NCBI GenBank assembly: GCA_964468755.1
Contig: CAYXWH010000001.1
Span: forward strand, 15,148-79,147
Length of the DNA stretch: 64,000 bases
Reading direction: 5' to 3'
Source of the DNA: an uncultured Dehalococcoidaceae bacterium
GTDB taxonomy: Bacteria; Chloroflexota; Dehalococcoidia; Dehalococcoidales; RBG-16-60-22
Shown here: positions 52,543 to 62,038 of the stretch, piece by piece
Layout: every line of letters starts with the position of its first letter
Position numbering within the stretch: the stretch's first letter is position 1
Made by a program: the position numbers and the translations under genes
The notes under the pieces: generated by a model
Told to the model about the DNA's origin: nothing
Database searches by the model: none
What the model saw: only the letters and a program-made list of their open reading frames with translations

Positions 52543-53406
52543 ATGAAGAAGGTAGCCATTGTTACCGACACCACCGCGTGTATCCCACAAGCGAAAGTGG
52601 CCAGGTATGGCATTGAACTGGTGCCGGTACTGCTTATCTGCGAAAATAAGAGTTACCGTGATGGAATAGATATCAGCGCCAGCCGGTTTTATAACCTCCT
52701 GCGGCAGTCGCAAAGTCCCATCACCACCGCCAGCTCCTCGCCGGAGTACTACCTTGACTCCTTCGGTAAAGCCAGTGAACAGGCAGAGAGTGTGCTCTGC
52801 CTCACCGAGCCCTCCCGATTCAGCGCCATGTTTGAATCGGCAACCATCGCCCGGGAAATGGCACAAACCTCCCTGCCCGGTGTAGCCATCGAGGTAGTCG
52901 ACGCTACCACGGCGGCGGCCGGACTGGGGCTGGTTGTCCTCGAAGCCGCCCGTACCGCCGCGGAAGGAAGAGACCTGAACGAGGTGGTGGCAACCACGCG
53001 GAGCGTGATGTCACGGGTAAATCTATTTGCCACACTGGATACCCTGCACTATCTGGCGAAAAGCGGGCGGGTGCCCCAGGCGGCGGCGCTGGTCAATTCC
53101 CTGCTCAAAATCAAACCCGTTTTCACCCTCAACCATAGCGATGCCCACACCGTTGCCCTGCCGAGAAGCTCACTCAGTGCCACCAAACACATGCTTAAAT
53201 GTATGGAAAGGAATATAGCCGATACCCAACAACCGCTTCATGCCGCTGTCATGCATGCCGATGTCCCCGATAAAGCTTTGGCTCTCCGGAACCTGATTGC
53301 TTCCCGGTTTCACTGTGCCGAAATCTTCATCACCGAGTTTACGCCGGTAATGGGCGTCCATACCGGACCCGGTTTGCTCGGAGTAGCTTTCTACACCAAT
53401 AAGTAG
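52543..53406 (+). CDS. DegV family (fatty-acid-binding, FakB-like) protein
   Basis: 287 aa with the start MKKVAIVTDTTACIP. It is a paralog of 50965-51840. Confidence 0.85.
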   Translation: MKKVAIVTDTTACIPQAKVARYGIELVPVLLICENKSYRDGIDISASRFYNLLRQSQSPITTASSSPEYYLDSFGKASEQAESVLCLTEPSRFSAMFESATIAREMAQTSLPGVAIEVVDATTAAAGLGLVVLEAARTAAEGRDLNEVVATTRSVMSRVNLFATLDTLHYLAKSGRVPQAAALVNSLLKIKPVFTLNHSDAHTVALPRSSLSATKHMLKCMERNIADTQQPLHAAVMHADVPDKALALRNLIASRFHCAEIFITEFTPVMGVHTGPGLLGVAFYTNK

Positions 53407-53464
53407 GACCCTCCACTGCTACCTCCTAGCGAAATCGCTGAAAACATCTTATAATCATTATGAT

Positions 53465-54034
53465 ATGGATGATGCCGAGCAACTAGCTGCCCATTTAGGT
53501 CCGCTGCCGGAGCCGGAACTGAAGCCGTCTTTTATCGTGGTGAGTGGTCTGCCCGGTACCGGGAAAACCCATTTCTGCAAAAAACTCTCGGAACGGCTAC
53601 CGCTGCTTATTCTGGAAAGTGATGCCCTGCGCAAGTCCCTTTTCCCCTCGCCAAGCTATGCACCCGGGGAGAGTGCCCGCCTCTTCCGGGCAATCCACCG
53701 GCTCATCGAAGGGCTACTAAACAAAGGCATTTCCCTCGTCCTGGATGCCACCAATCTTTCCGAACGGTACCGGGAACAGCTTTACAGTATCGCCGAGCGT
53801 CTTGGCGTCAGGCTCATCCTGGTACGCGTAGAGGCGCCACCGGCTCTGGTGCAGGCAAGGCTCAAACAACGTTCAGCCGCCAATAACGCGGCGGATAAAT
53901 CAGAGGCCGACTGGACCGTTTATCAGAAGATGATACCCTCGGTACAAATAATCCGCCGTCACCACTACGCAGTGGATACCTCCCGGGATATAACGCCGGT
54001 GCTGGATAAAATTTTGAGAGAAGTACGTCGTTGA
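53465..54034 (+). CDS. P-loop kinase-like ATPase (AAA_33 / zeta-toxin-like fold)
   Basis: 189 aa with Walker A GLPGTGKTH. The DATN block is typical of small-molecule or polynucleotide kinases. Confidence 0.55.
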   Translation: MDDAEQLAAHLGPLPEPELKPSFIVVSGLPGTGKTHFCKKLSERLPLLILESDALRKSLFPSPSYAPGESARLFRAIHRLIEGLLNKGISLVLDATNLSERYREQLYSIAERLGVRLILVRVEAPPALVQARLKQRSAANNAADKSEADWTVYQKMIPSVQIIRRHHYAVDTSRDITPVLDKILREVRR

Positions 54035-54044
54035 AAGGAGACCA

Positions 54045-55547
54045 ATGGAGATTACGGTCATTGCTAAAGAAATAGCCAAAGTGAAAGCTGCGGCGATAAT
54101 GGTTACTCACTTTGAAGGCAAGAAACACCCGGAGGGCGACCTCGCCACCGTTGACCGGATGCTGGACGGTGCCATTTCCCGGCTCATCCGGCAGGGTGAC
54201 ATCAAGGGCAAGCTCAACGAAATCACCCTTATCCACAGCCTGGGCAAACTACCGGCAGCCCGCGTGGTAATTACCGGTCTGGGCAAGAAGCGGCAACTAT
54301 CCGCCAATAAGGTACGCGGTGCCGTTGCCGAGACCTGTCGCTGGCTGCGACAGAGGGGGGTGGACACTATCGCCACGGTCGCCCAGGGAGCCGGGATTAA
54401 CGGCATTACCCCGGAGAATGCTGCCCAGGCGGTAACCGAGGGGGCACTACTCGGCCTCTATACTTTCCGCCGGTACCTGAGCAAAAAAGACAAGGACTAC
54501 CGCGAGGTCAAGAAGCTGGTGATAACGGGCAGCAGCAAAATTAAACCGCTCCTGGACAAGGGTCATATCCGCGGCAAGATACTGGCGGAAGCCAGCAACC
54601 TGGCCCGCGACATGGTCAACGAGCCAGCCAACTACATGACCCCTACCCGGATGGCGGAAGCTGCGGTAAAGCTGGCCCGGGATTATGGCCTGGAGGTAAC
54701 CGTGCTGGAACGGGAGCAAATGGCGGAAATGGGCATGGAGGCGCTCCTTGGGGTTGCGCAGGGAAGCCAGCAGCCACCGAAATTCATCGTGCTCAAATAC
54801 CGGGGCAGCGACACTGCCGACGTCGACCTGGCCCTGGTGGGCAAAGGGATCACCTTTGATTCCGGGGGTATTTCCATCAAACCATCGGAGCACATGGCTG
54901 ACATGAAAGGAGACATGGCCGGCGGTGCCACCGTCATGGCGGTGATGACCGCCGTTGCCCGGCTTAAACCCGGTATTAATGTGACCGCCATTATTCCCGC
55001 CACGGAAAACTTGCCCGGCGGCAACGCCCTGAAACCGGGTGACGTTCTCAAGGCAATGAACGGCAAGACCATCGAGGTTATCAATACCGATGCGGAGGGG
55101 AGACTCATCCTGGCGGATGCCCTGAGCTACGCCCAGAAACTGGGGAGCAAACAGATCATTGACGTGGCTACCCTCACCGGAGCCTGCATGGTAGCACTGG
55201 GGACTATATGCAGCGGTGCGTTCAGCAATAACCAGCAGCTTGCCAACAGAGTAATCGCCGCCGGCAACGAATCGGGAGAACTCGTCTGGCAGATGCCAAT
55301 GTATGATGACTATCGTGAGGCAATCAAGAGTGACGTGGCTGATATGAAAAATGTCGGTAACCGCTACGGTGGCGCCATCACCGCCGCCAAGTTTCTCGCT
55401 GAGTTTATCGATAATACCCCCTGGGTTCACCTGGATATTGCCGGCACCAGCCAGAGCGATAAGGAGCGCGGCTACCTGGTAAAAGGGGCCAGCGGTATAC
55501 CGGTGCGCACCCTGATAAACTTTATCCTTGCCACCGTTCAACAGTAA
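54045..55547 (+). CDS. pepA: leucyl aminopeptidase (M17)
   Basis: 500 aa with the M17 signature NTDAEGRLILADAL and metal ligands in VGKGITFDSGG. Confidence 0.9.
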   Translation: MEITVIAKEIAKVKAAAIMVTHFEGKKHPEGDLATVDRMLDGAISRLIRQGDIKGKLNEITLIHSLGKLPAARVVITGLGKKRQLSANKVRGAVAETCRWLRQRGVDTIATVAQGAGINGITPENAAQAVTEGALLGLYTFRRYLSKKDKDYREVKKLVITGSSKIKPLLDKGHIRGKILAEASNLARDMVNEPANYMTPTRMAEAAVKLARDYGLEVTVLEREQMAEMGMEALLGVAQGSQQPPKFIVLKYRGSDTADVDLALVGKGITFDSGGISIKPSEHMADMKGDMAGGATVMAVMTAVARLKPGINVTAIIPATENLPGGNALKPGDVLKAMNGKTIEVINTDAEGRLILADALSYAQKLGSKQIIDVATLTGACMVALGTICSGAFSNNQQLANRVIAAGNESGELVWQMPMYDDYREAIKSDVADMKNVGNRYGGAITAAKFLAEFIDNTPWVHLDIAGTSQSDKERGYLVKGASGIPVRTLINFILATVQQ

Positions 55548-55564
55548 CCCAAGGAGGTAGTACC

Positions 55565-56206
55565 ATGAAAATAAAATGGCTGGGGCACGCTGCCTTTCTG
55601 ATTACCTCGAAGACGGGGACCAGAATAATTACCGACCCTTACGCTCCCGGCGATGATTTATGCTACGGCGAAATAAACCAATCAGCCGATATCGTTACCG
55701 TGAGCCATCTTCATCACGACCACAACAACACGGCTACCGTTGGTGGCAGCCCCGCGGTTGTCCGCAGTACCTCAATAGTGAAGGACATACAGTTTACGGG
55801 CGTGGCTACCTACCACGATGACGCTCTCGGTCAGGACCGGGGCGATAACACCGTTTTCTGCTTTACGATTGACGGGGTACGCATCTGCCACCTGGGCGAC
55901 CTGGGTCACCCCCTTGATGAGCGACAGCGAGCTGAAATAGGCAATATCGATGTGTTACTCATTCCGGTGGGGGGCCGTTTTACCATAGACCCCGGCACCG
56001 CTACCCGGGTCGTCAACCAGCTCCAGCCCAGAGTGGTGATACCCATGCACTTTGCAAACAATAAATGTAAATTCCTCACCAGCGGGGTCGACGATTTCCT
56101 CCGCGGTAAAAAGAACGTAAAACAACTTAATAGCAGTGAAGTCAAATTCGGGGCGTATGAATTGCCGGCAGAGACACAATTCGTCAAGCTACAGCCAGAA
56201 CTATAG
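55565..56206 (+). CDS. MBL-fold metallo-hydrolase
   Basis: 213 aa with the start MKIKWLGHAAFLI and the SHLHHDH motif. Confidence 0.75.
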   Translation: MKIKWLGHAAFLITSKTGTRIITDPYAPGDDLCYGEINQSADIVTVSHLHHDHNNTATVGGSPAVVRSTSIVKDIQFTGVATYHDDALGQDRGDNTVFCFTIDGVRICHLGDLGHPLDERQRAEIGNIDVLLIPVGGRFTIDPGTATRVVNQLQPRVVIPMHFANNKCKFLTSGVDDFLRGKKNVKQLNSSEVKFGAYELPAETQFVKLQPEL

Positions 56207-56314
56207 CCGCAACAGAACATCCATCGTTTCCACTTCACCAGCCCACCCCCTCACTTATATTGACTATTTATGGTAAAATAGTATGTAGGGGATAATGTCA
56301 AGCATTTACGTGAT

Positions 56315-56935
56315 TTGGATATAAGCAGTATTATTCTCGCGGGTGGGAAAAGTTTAAGGTTCGGATACAACAAGATTGTAGAAACCGTTGGTCAGGGAAA
56401 TCTGCTCTCCCAGGTTATATCCTGTGTTAGTACTCTCTGTCGGGAAATAATTATCGTTACCAGGCAAGAACAGGTTCTGCCTGATTTGACTGATTTCCCC
56501 GAAGTAAAAATAGTAACTGATATTATTCCTGACAAGGGTCCTCTGGGGGGAATTTATACTGGACTGGTAAAATCACCAACGTTCTATAATCTGGTTGTTG
56601 CCGCTGATATGCCATTTCTGAACCGTTCTTTACTGAACTATATGCTGAGCGTTTCCGCCGGCTCTGACATAGTCATGCCAACAATGAATAACCAGTTTGA
56701 ACCACTTCATGCCATCTATAGCCGAAACTGCATGGCTCCGGCAGCAGACTTAATCCGGCAAAACAGGCTCTTCGTGTTGGAGCTTTTCGATTTGGTTAAG
56801 ACAAGGTACGTTTCAGCTGAGGAGATTGACCGGTTTGACCCCAAGCACCTCAGTTTTTTCAACATCAATACTACGAATGACCTGAAACAGGCAAGAAAAC
56901 TAGCCAGAGGCGAGATAGATAATGATAAGCGTTGA
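56315..56935 (+). CDS. mobA: molybdenum cofactor guanylyltransferase
   Basis: 206 aa with a TTG start. The IILAGGKSLRFG motif is of the LAGGxSxRxG type. Confidence 0.8.
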   Translation: MDISSIILAGGKSLRFGYNKIVETVGQGNLLSQVISCVSTLCREIIIVTRQEQVLPDLTDFPEVKIVTDIIPDKGPLGGIYTGLVKSPTFYNLVVAADMPFLNRSLLNYMLSVSAGSDIVMPTMNNQFEPLHAIYSRNCMAPAADLIRQNRLFVLELFDLVKTRYVSAEEIDRFDPKHLSFFNINTTNDLKQARKLARGEIDNDKR

Positions 56936-58202
56936 ACAGGCACTGGAAAAGGTACTCAGTTTTGTCGATGAGCTGGACGCGGAGACCGTACCAGTTTTAA
57001 GCTCGATGGGTCAGGTGCTGGCTGAAGATATCAACTCTGACATTGACATACCACCGCTGGATAATGCCGCTATGGACGGCTATGCGGTGCGAGCCAGCGA
57101 CACCGCCGGAGCCAGCCCTGAGTCACCCAAACCGCTTAAGGTCATTGATACGGTTATGGCGGGCTCCATTTCCCGACAGGAAGTAACCCCCGGCACTGCT
57201 ATCCGCATCATGACCGGCGCCCCGGTACCCGGAGGCGCCGACAGTGTGGTTCAATTTGAGAATACCGACGAAGAGTCAAGAGGAACATCTACCCCGGGCT
57301 ATCCCCCCGGTGAAGTAAATATATTATGTCAAGTTGGCCACGGGCTGAATATACGGCGGGCCGGTGAGGATATCCAACGGGGCGCCACGGTCCTCAAGAA
57401 AGGGACCGTCATCAGACCGGCGGAAATCGGTGTCATTGCTTCACTGGGGCGGACTGAGGTCAGGGTCACCCGCCGCCCGGTGGTAGCGATTTTAGCTACC
57501 GGGAATGAACTTACGCCAGTGGGCCAGCCGCTCCCTTCCGGCAAGATATACAACAGCAATTCCTACAGCGTGGCTGCCCTGGTCCAGCGCTGCGGCGCCC
57601 TACCCCGCATTCTGGGCATAGCCGCCGACCAGGAAGATTCACTGGTCACCAGTATCCGCCAGGGACTGGACGCAGATATGCTGATAACCAGTGGCGGCGT
57701 CTCCATGGGAGATTATGATATCGTCAAGGACGTTCTGGCCAAGGAAGGGGAGATTACCTTCTGGTCAGTCCGGATGAAACCCGGAAAACCGCTGGCTTTT
57801 GGCAGTTTCAGGACGACCAGCCCGGGAGGGCAAAGTAGAAGCATTCCTCATCTGGGACTCCCCGGTAACCCGGTGAGCTCGATGGTAACCTTTGAGCTAT
57901 TTGCCCGCGCGGCTATTCTCAAAATGATGGGGAAAAAGAACCTGAATAAGCCGGTAGTAGCGGCAACATTGGAAGATGCCATTGTCAATAAGGCCGGACG
58001 CCGTCTCTACAACCGGGTCATTGTGGCTAAACGTCGCGGCCAGTACTTTGCCCGGCTCACCGGCGAGCAGGGTTCCGGCATCCTGACCTCAATGAGTATG
58101 GCTAACGGTCTGGCCATTATTCCCGAGGACAAGGTCGAAACGAAAAAAGGAGAAACCGTCCAGGTAGTGATGCTGGACTGGAACGAGGAAGTAAACATTT
58201 GA
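56922..58202 (+). CDS. moeA: molybdopterin molybdotransferase
   Basis: 426 aa with the ISVEQALEKVL start and the TSGGVSMGDYD motif. It overlaps the mobA stop by 14 nt. Confidence 0.9.
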   Translation: MISVEQALEKVLSFVDELDAETVPVLSSMGQVLAEDINSDIDIPPLDNAAMDGYAVRASDTAGASPESPKPLKVIDTVMAGSISRQEVTPGTAIRIMTGAPVPGGADSVVQFENTDEESRGTSTPGYPPGEVNILCQVGHGLNIRRAGEDIQRGATVLKKGTVIRPAEIGVIASLGRTEVRVTRRPVVAILATGNELTPVGQPLPSGKIYNSNSYSVAALVQRCGALPRILGIAADQEDSLVTSIRQGLDADMLITSGGVSMGDYDIVKDVLAKEGEITFWSVRMKPGKPLAFGSFRTTSPGGQSRSIPHLGLPGNPVSSMVTFELFARAAILKMMGKKNLNKPVVAATLEDAIVNKAGRRLYNRVIVAKRRGQYFARLTGEQGSGILTSMSMANGLAIIPEDKVETKKGETVQVVMLDWNEEVNI

Positions 58203-58873
58203 CCAGACAACAGTATCCCGGCATGTATCCCATTATCTCTATTGTCGGCAAGTCCGATTCCGGCAAGACAACCCTGCTGGAAAAGCTGATTGGCGAGCTC
58301 AAGCGACGGGGCTATCGAGTGGTGGCGATGAAGCATTCTGATAAAGACCTGGAACCGGACACAGTAAACAAGGATAGCTGGCGGCTGAGTCAGGCCGGGA
58401 GCGAGATTACAGTGCTGAGCTCGGTACAGAAGCTGGCTGTTTTTACCACCCTGTCAACTGATGTGAGTCCGGAAGAACTATCGGCGCTCATTAGCTGGGA
58501 CTATGACCTGCTGCTGACCGAAGGATTCAAGAAAAACCACTATCCCAAAATCGAGGTCCACCGCAAGGAACAGGGTACGGGACTGTTAAGCCAGCCCGGG
58601 CAGCTACTGGCGCTGGTTACCGATGAGCCGGTGGATGTAGATGTGCCCCAGTTTTCCCAGGATGATATTAGCCGGATCGCTGACCTGATTGAGAGCAGCT
58701 TACTGGACCGCAGGGGAGAAGACCGGATTGACCTGCTCATCAATGGCCGCCATATACCGGTCAGTCGGTTCCTCCAGAACCTGCTGGCCAGGACACTCAT
58801 AGCTATGATACCTGCCCTCAGGAAATGCCAGGAGTTGAGAAGCATGCGCATCTGGCTAAGGAGGCAAGGTTGA
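58199..58873 (+). CDS. mobB: molybdopterin-guanine dinucleotide biosynthesis adapter protein MobB with about 55-aa C-terminal extension
   Basis: Walker A GKSDSGKTT is present. The TTG start overlaps the moeA stop (TTGA). An alternative start is ATG 58223. Confidence 0.75.
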   Translation: MTRQQYPGMYPIISIVGKSDSGKTTLLEKLIGELKRRGYRVVAMKHSDKDLEPDTVNKDSWRLSQAGSEITVLSSVQKLAVFTTLSTDVSPEELSALISWDYDLLLTEGFKKNHYPKIEVHRKEQGTGLLSQPGQLLALVTDEPVDVDVPQFSQDDISRIADLIESSLLDRRGEDRIDLLINGRHIPVSRFLQNLLARTLIAMIPALRKCQELRSMRIWLRRQG

Positions 58874-59601
58874 TATTCGAGGCTTCTGATTTCTCTTTTA
58901 AAGCCCCGGCAGTGCTTTCACGGGCACGGCGTGTCCTGATTAAACCCAGTGCCGCCTATCCGATGCCTTTCCCGATTGCCACCAGTCAAAACCTGCTGGC
59001 GGCGATAATATCGGGTATCCGACAGGTAAGCGACGCCGATATTGTACTACTTGAAGGTACTCCCGGTGGTGAGCCAATCCGCCCCATCTATAAGACTCTG
59101 GGATACAACTTCCCCCGGGTTCTCGAAATGGACGTTAAGGACTGTGTGCTGGTCGAGGTGGACAATCCCCTGCCCAAACCGTTCGCCGTACCCACTTTCT
59201 GGGTGCCCAATGTTATCCTTTCCAGCGACTACCTGATAACCGTGGCGCCGATGAATGCCCTGGACGGAAGGGTAGGTCTCAGCATAATGAACCTGCTCAC
59301 CCTGCTCCCGACCAGTAAATATCACGGTGAGGCACCGGGTGGCTGGCAGAGCCTGTATAGTCTCGGTATCGACCGGGTACTGGCTGACCTTTACTTTACC
59401 CTCCCCTTTGACCTGGGTATTGTTGAAGTCAGGCAAAAATTTGCTATCAGTGACACTACTACCCCGGATGAATTCCAGGACTTCAATAAAATATTTGTCG
59501 GCGAGCCTTATGATGTCGACCGCACCGTTACCGAGACTCTGGGGCTTAAAACAGAATACCTTGACCTGATTAGAATGGCCAAAGTGGAATTGGAGACATA
59601 A
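58870..59601 (+). CDS. DUF362-like protein
   Basis: The RVLIKPSAAYPMPFPIATSQNLLAAIISGIR...IVLLEG pattern resembles DUF362. The likely TTG start at 58870 lies 5 nt after AAGGAGG and overlaps the mobB stop (TTGA). The ORF-track start is 58825. Confidence 0.45.
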   Translation: MIFEASDFSFKAPAVLSRARRVLIKPSAAYPMPFPIATSQNLLAAIISGIRQVSDADIVLLEGTPGGEPIRPIYKTLGYNFPRVLEMDVKDCVLVEVDNPLPKPFAVPTFWVPNVILSSDYLITVAPMNALDGRVGLSIMNLLTLLPTSKYHGEAPGGWQSLYSLGIDRVLADLYFTLPFDLGIVEVRQKFAISDTTTPDEFQDFNKIFVGEPYDVDRTVTETLGLKTEYLDLIRMAKVELET

Positions 59602-59623
59602 TACTCATACTTTAGGTGGATTT

Positions 59624-60043
59624 ATGGATACCGAAGATACAGGCACTGACCAATTGAAGACGCGCTGGTTTATTGACCTTGACTGGTACCAGCAGCATAG
59701 CCGTTCCTTCGTTACTTTGGCCAGGGAATATCTCTGCCCCAATTGTGCCCAGCGGTGGGCTACCGAAAAGAAGCAACTTTCAGCAGAGGTCCTCCTAGCC
59801 AACATCAGGGACTGTTGCTCCCATGTCCCGGGATTTATCAATGACCGGTTGCCTGTACTGGAGAGTGCCTTCCGCCTGTTACTAGCCAATAACAACCAGC
59901 CCATTGAGTTGGAGGAACTGGGCAGACAGTTAAGCGAACTCCGCGGCGGGGATACCTATCGCACTTCAGCCGATATTTTATTCCGCCTGCTCAGTAAGGA
60001 TACATACTACGGATTCCGGCAAATTGAGGGAAAATCAACTTAA
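59624..60043 (+). CDS. hypothetical protein
   Basis: 139-aa ORF in a tight gene string. It has a CPNC...CC motif, and I recognise no family. Confidence 0.4.
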   Translation: MDTEDTGTDQLKTRWFIDLDWYQQHSRSFVTLAREYLCPNCAQRWATEKKQLSAEVLLANIRDCCSHVPGFINDRLPVLESAFRLLLANNNQPIELEELGRQLSELRGGDTYRTSADILFRLLSKDTYYGFRQIEGKST

Positions 60044-60044
60044 G

Positions 60045-60326
60045 TCAGTACCGTATCTGAAAGTCATGGTATTTCCCGGTAAATTCCAACCAGTTGGTGG
60101 TGACCTTCTCCACTCGCGACACCGGCGGCCCTTCTTCTAGATGTCTGACCAGCTCGGCTAACCGCTCCTTTTCACCTTCAGCCCTCACCTCCACGTCACC
60201 ACCGGGTAAATTGCGCACGTAACCACCCAAGCCCAGTTCAATAGCCCACCGGCTAACAAAGGCACGAAAGAAAACGCCCTGGACACGACCGCGAACAATT
60301 GCCTCCAGCGAGATAAGGTCAGCCAT
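60045..60326 (-). CDS. acyP: acylphosphatase
   Basis: It has the RVQGVFFRAF signature and GYVRNLPGGDVEV. The start is set at ATG 60326; the ORF track extends it to a GTG at 60398. Confidence 0.8.
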   Translation of the reverse strand: MADLISLEAIVRGRVQGVFFRAFVSRWAIELGLGGYVRNLPGGDVEVRAEGEKERLAELVRHLEEGPPVSRVEKVTTNWLEFTGKYHDFQIRY

Positions 60327-60401
60327 ACTTCCCTTCTCAGCCAAAACATGAGGCATTGCTGACTGCCAAAGACCTGGCAAGCATCCGTGGGTTACCACCC
60401 C

Positions 60402-60548
60402 CTACTCCCCCTCTTCCCGCTTCTTTCTTTCCTTCCTGATTACTTCCGATTCTACCGTGTGCATTGGTTGGATGGCAGCCAGGGATGGTTTTTTGGCGTC
60501 TTTCTTCGGTTTCTTTGGTTCATGATGCCGATAGTCCCGTTTACCCAT
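60402..60548 (-). CDS. hypothetical small, highly basic protein (48 aa)
   Basis: The ATG (rc of 60546-60548) lies 6 nt after AGAGGTG. The peptide is MGKRDYRHHEPKKPKKDAKKPSLAAIQPMHTVESEVIRKERKKREEGE. It falls below the ORF-track cutoff. Confidence 0.3.
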   Translation of the reverse strand: MGKRDYRHHEPKKPKKDAKKPSLAAIQPMHTVESEVIRKERKKREEGE

Positions 60549-60623
60549 GACAGCACCTCTGATTGAATTTCGCAGTAAAGGATGGACAATTGAAGTTTAG
60601 CAGAGAGCCATGACAGTGTAAAG

Positions 60624-61313
60624 TCACCGGTAAAGTTGTTCCAGGGCAACACGGGCCGCATCAGTCTCCGCCAGCTTTTTACTCTTGCCGGAACCCTTGC
60701 CCAGCACTGCGCCGCTGGCGAGTACCTCGACAGTGAATGTCTGGTCATGGTCCGGGCCGATAACTCTTATCGTCCGGTAGGTAGGCGCCAGCTGCTGACG
60801 AGACTGAATTAATTCCTGCAACTGTGATTTATAATCGATTCCGAGGTTTCGAATGGATACCGTTGAAAATGCATCACTGAGTAATTGCAAAATACAGTCC
60901 CGGGCGACTTCCAGGCCACGGTCAAGGTAAACGGCGGCAATTACCGCTTCCAGAGCGCACGACAGATTAGCCAGCTTGTTTCGGCCGCCAGTCGCCTCTT
61001 CACCTTTACCCAGATAGAGGTAATCGCCGAGTTTTATCATTTTGGCTACGCGGGCAAGTGTGTCCCGGCGCACCAGCGCCGAGCGAATTTTGGTCATTTC
61101 ACCCTCGGCAAGCTCCGGGAAATCCTGGTATAACTTTTCCGCGACCACACAGCCCAAAACAGCATCACCCAGAAACTCGAGCCTTTCATTGGAATCCCGG
61201 GCAATTATCGGATTTTCATTCACGTAGGAAGTATGCAATAATGCCGTCTCAAGTAGAGAGATATCCCTGAAGGAAACACCGATGGTCTTCTGAAAAATCG
61301 CTAAATCGCTCAA
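60624..61313 (-). CDS. rnc: ribonuclease III
   Basis: 229 aa with the RNase III signature NERLEFLGDAVLG and a C-terminal dsRBD (GPDHDQTFTVEV...GSGKSKKLAETDAA). Confidence 0.9.
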   Translation of the reverse strand: MSDLAIFQKTIGVSFRDISLLETALLHTSYVNENPIIARDSNERLEFLGDAVLGCVVAEKLYQDFPELAEGEMTKIRSALVRRDTLARVAKMIKLGDYLYLGKGEEATGGRNKLANLSCALEAVIAAVYLDRGLEVARDCILQLLSDAFSTVSIRNLGIDYKSQLQELIQSRQQLAPTYRTIRVIGPDHDQTFTVEVLASGAVLGKGSGKSKKLAETDAARVALEQLYR

Positions 61314-61524
61314 TAAATTTTCCTTCTACTCAAGGTCTATGGGCTACCGTAGAGCCAGATATAACGGTAGCCGGCGGGGCACCATTACCATCTCGGGCAA
61401 AGATTATCTTTGTTATCAAAATATAGTGTACCATATCGACCGTAAATAGTTAACCGGCGTCAATTGCCGGCTCCGATTACAACCCCACTGACAGCCCGAT
61501 GGACAAGCTACTCTTTTCCGGTTA

Positions 61525-61553
61525 TTGACAACCGTCAAGGAAAAGGTTACACT
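61525..61553 (+). promoter_or_regulatory. sigma70-type promoter TTGACA-17-TACACT
   Basis: The -35 is at 61525-61530 and the -10 at 61548-61553, upstream of ORF 61627. Confidence 0.4.
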
Positions 61554-61626
61554 CTACTCCCGACCGGCAACATTCCGACCCAATAACCGGCACGCATGCC
61601 GGGGAAAACCGGGGAATGAGTGATAT

Positions 61627-61938
61627 ATGGTAAGTGAGACCTGTGAACTGTGCCGGCATAAGAGTCCTCCGGGGACAGTGGCAACACATTATATCGTTCC
61701 CCAGGATGTCGCCATGCTGGCCGGTTTACCATGCCCGAGAACCGTCGCCCTGTGCACCCGATGCCAGAACGAGTTACGCAGCTGGTATTCCCGAAAAGTG
61801 CTCGATGTGACCTATGACCCCGGGACCAAGCGGTTTACCCCCCGGTCGCCAGAAGATATGGTGATTGAATATGAGGCTGCCTATAAAGCCTTCGCCAGTT
61901 ATAAGGAACGGACCCGCCAGACGAGCACCACTACCTGA
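61627..61938 (+). CDS. hypothetical zinc-ribbon-like protein
   Basis: 103 aa. The CELC...CTRC spacing suggests a Cys4 ribbon. I recognise no family. Confidence 0.4.
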   Translation: MVSETCELCRHKSPPGTVATHYIVPQDVAMLAGLPCPRTVALCTRCQNELRSWYSRKVLDVTYDPGTKRFTPRSPEDMVIEYEAAYKAFASYKERTRQTSTTT

Positions 61939-62038
61939 GCAGTCACCGGATTGACCGCCAGCCTGAACGCTGCCAACTAATACTCTCCGCACTACGCAGT
62001 GTCAGCTACCGGAATATAATCACACCGTTTACCCCGCT

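Noticed and set aside
54447-55541. 364-aa ORF antisense to pepA, and similar long antisense ORFs (e.g. 17163-17822, 17446-18207, 21138-21635, 35774-36517)
   Set aside because: Each lies opposite a gene with clear family motifs. Each translates to low-complexity, Arg/Gly/Pro-rich sequence and lacks an RBS. They are typical shadow ORFs of GC-biased coding regions.
61342-61372. 9-bp perfect hairpin (GGCTACCGT / ACGGTAGCC) about 30 nt upstream of rnc as an RNase III autoregulatory target
   Set aside because: E. coli rnc autoregulation uses a much longer duplex. A 9-bp stem is too short for a canonical RNase III substrate. I note it without claiming a function.
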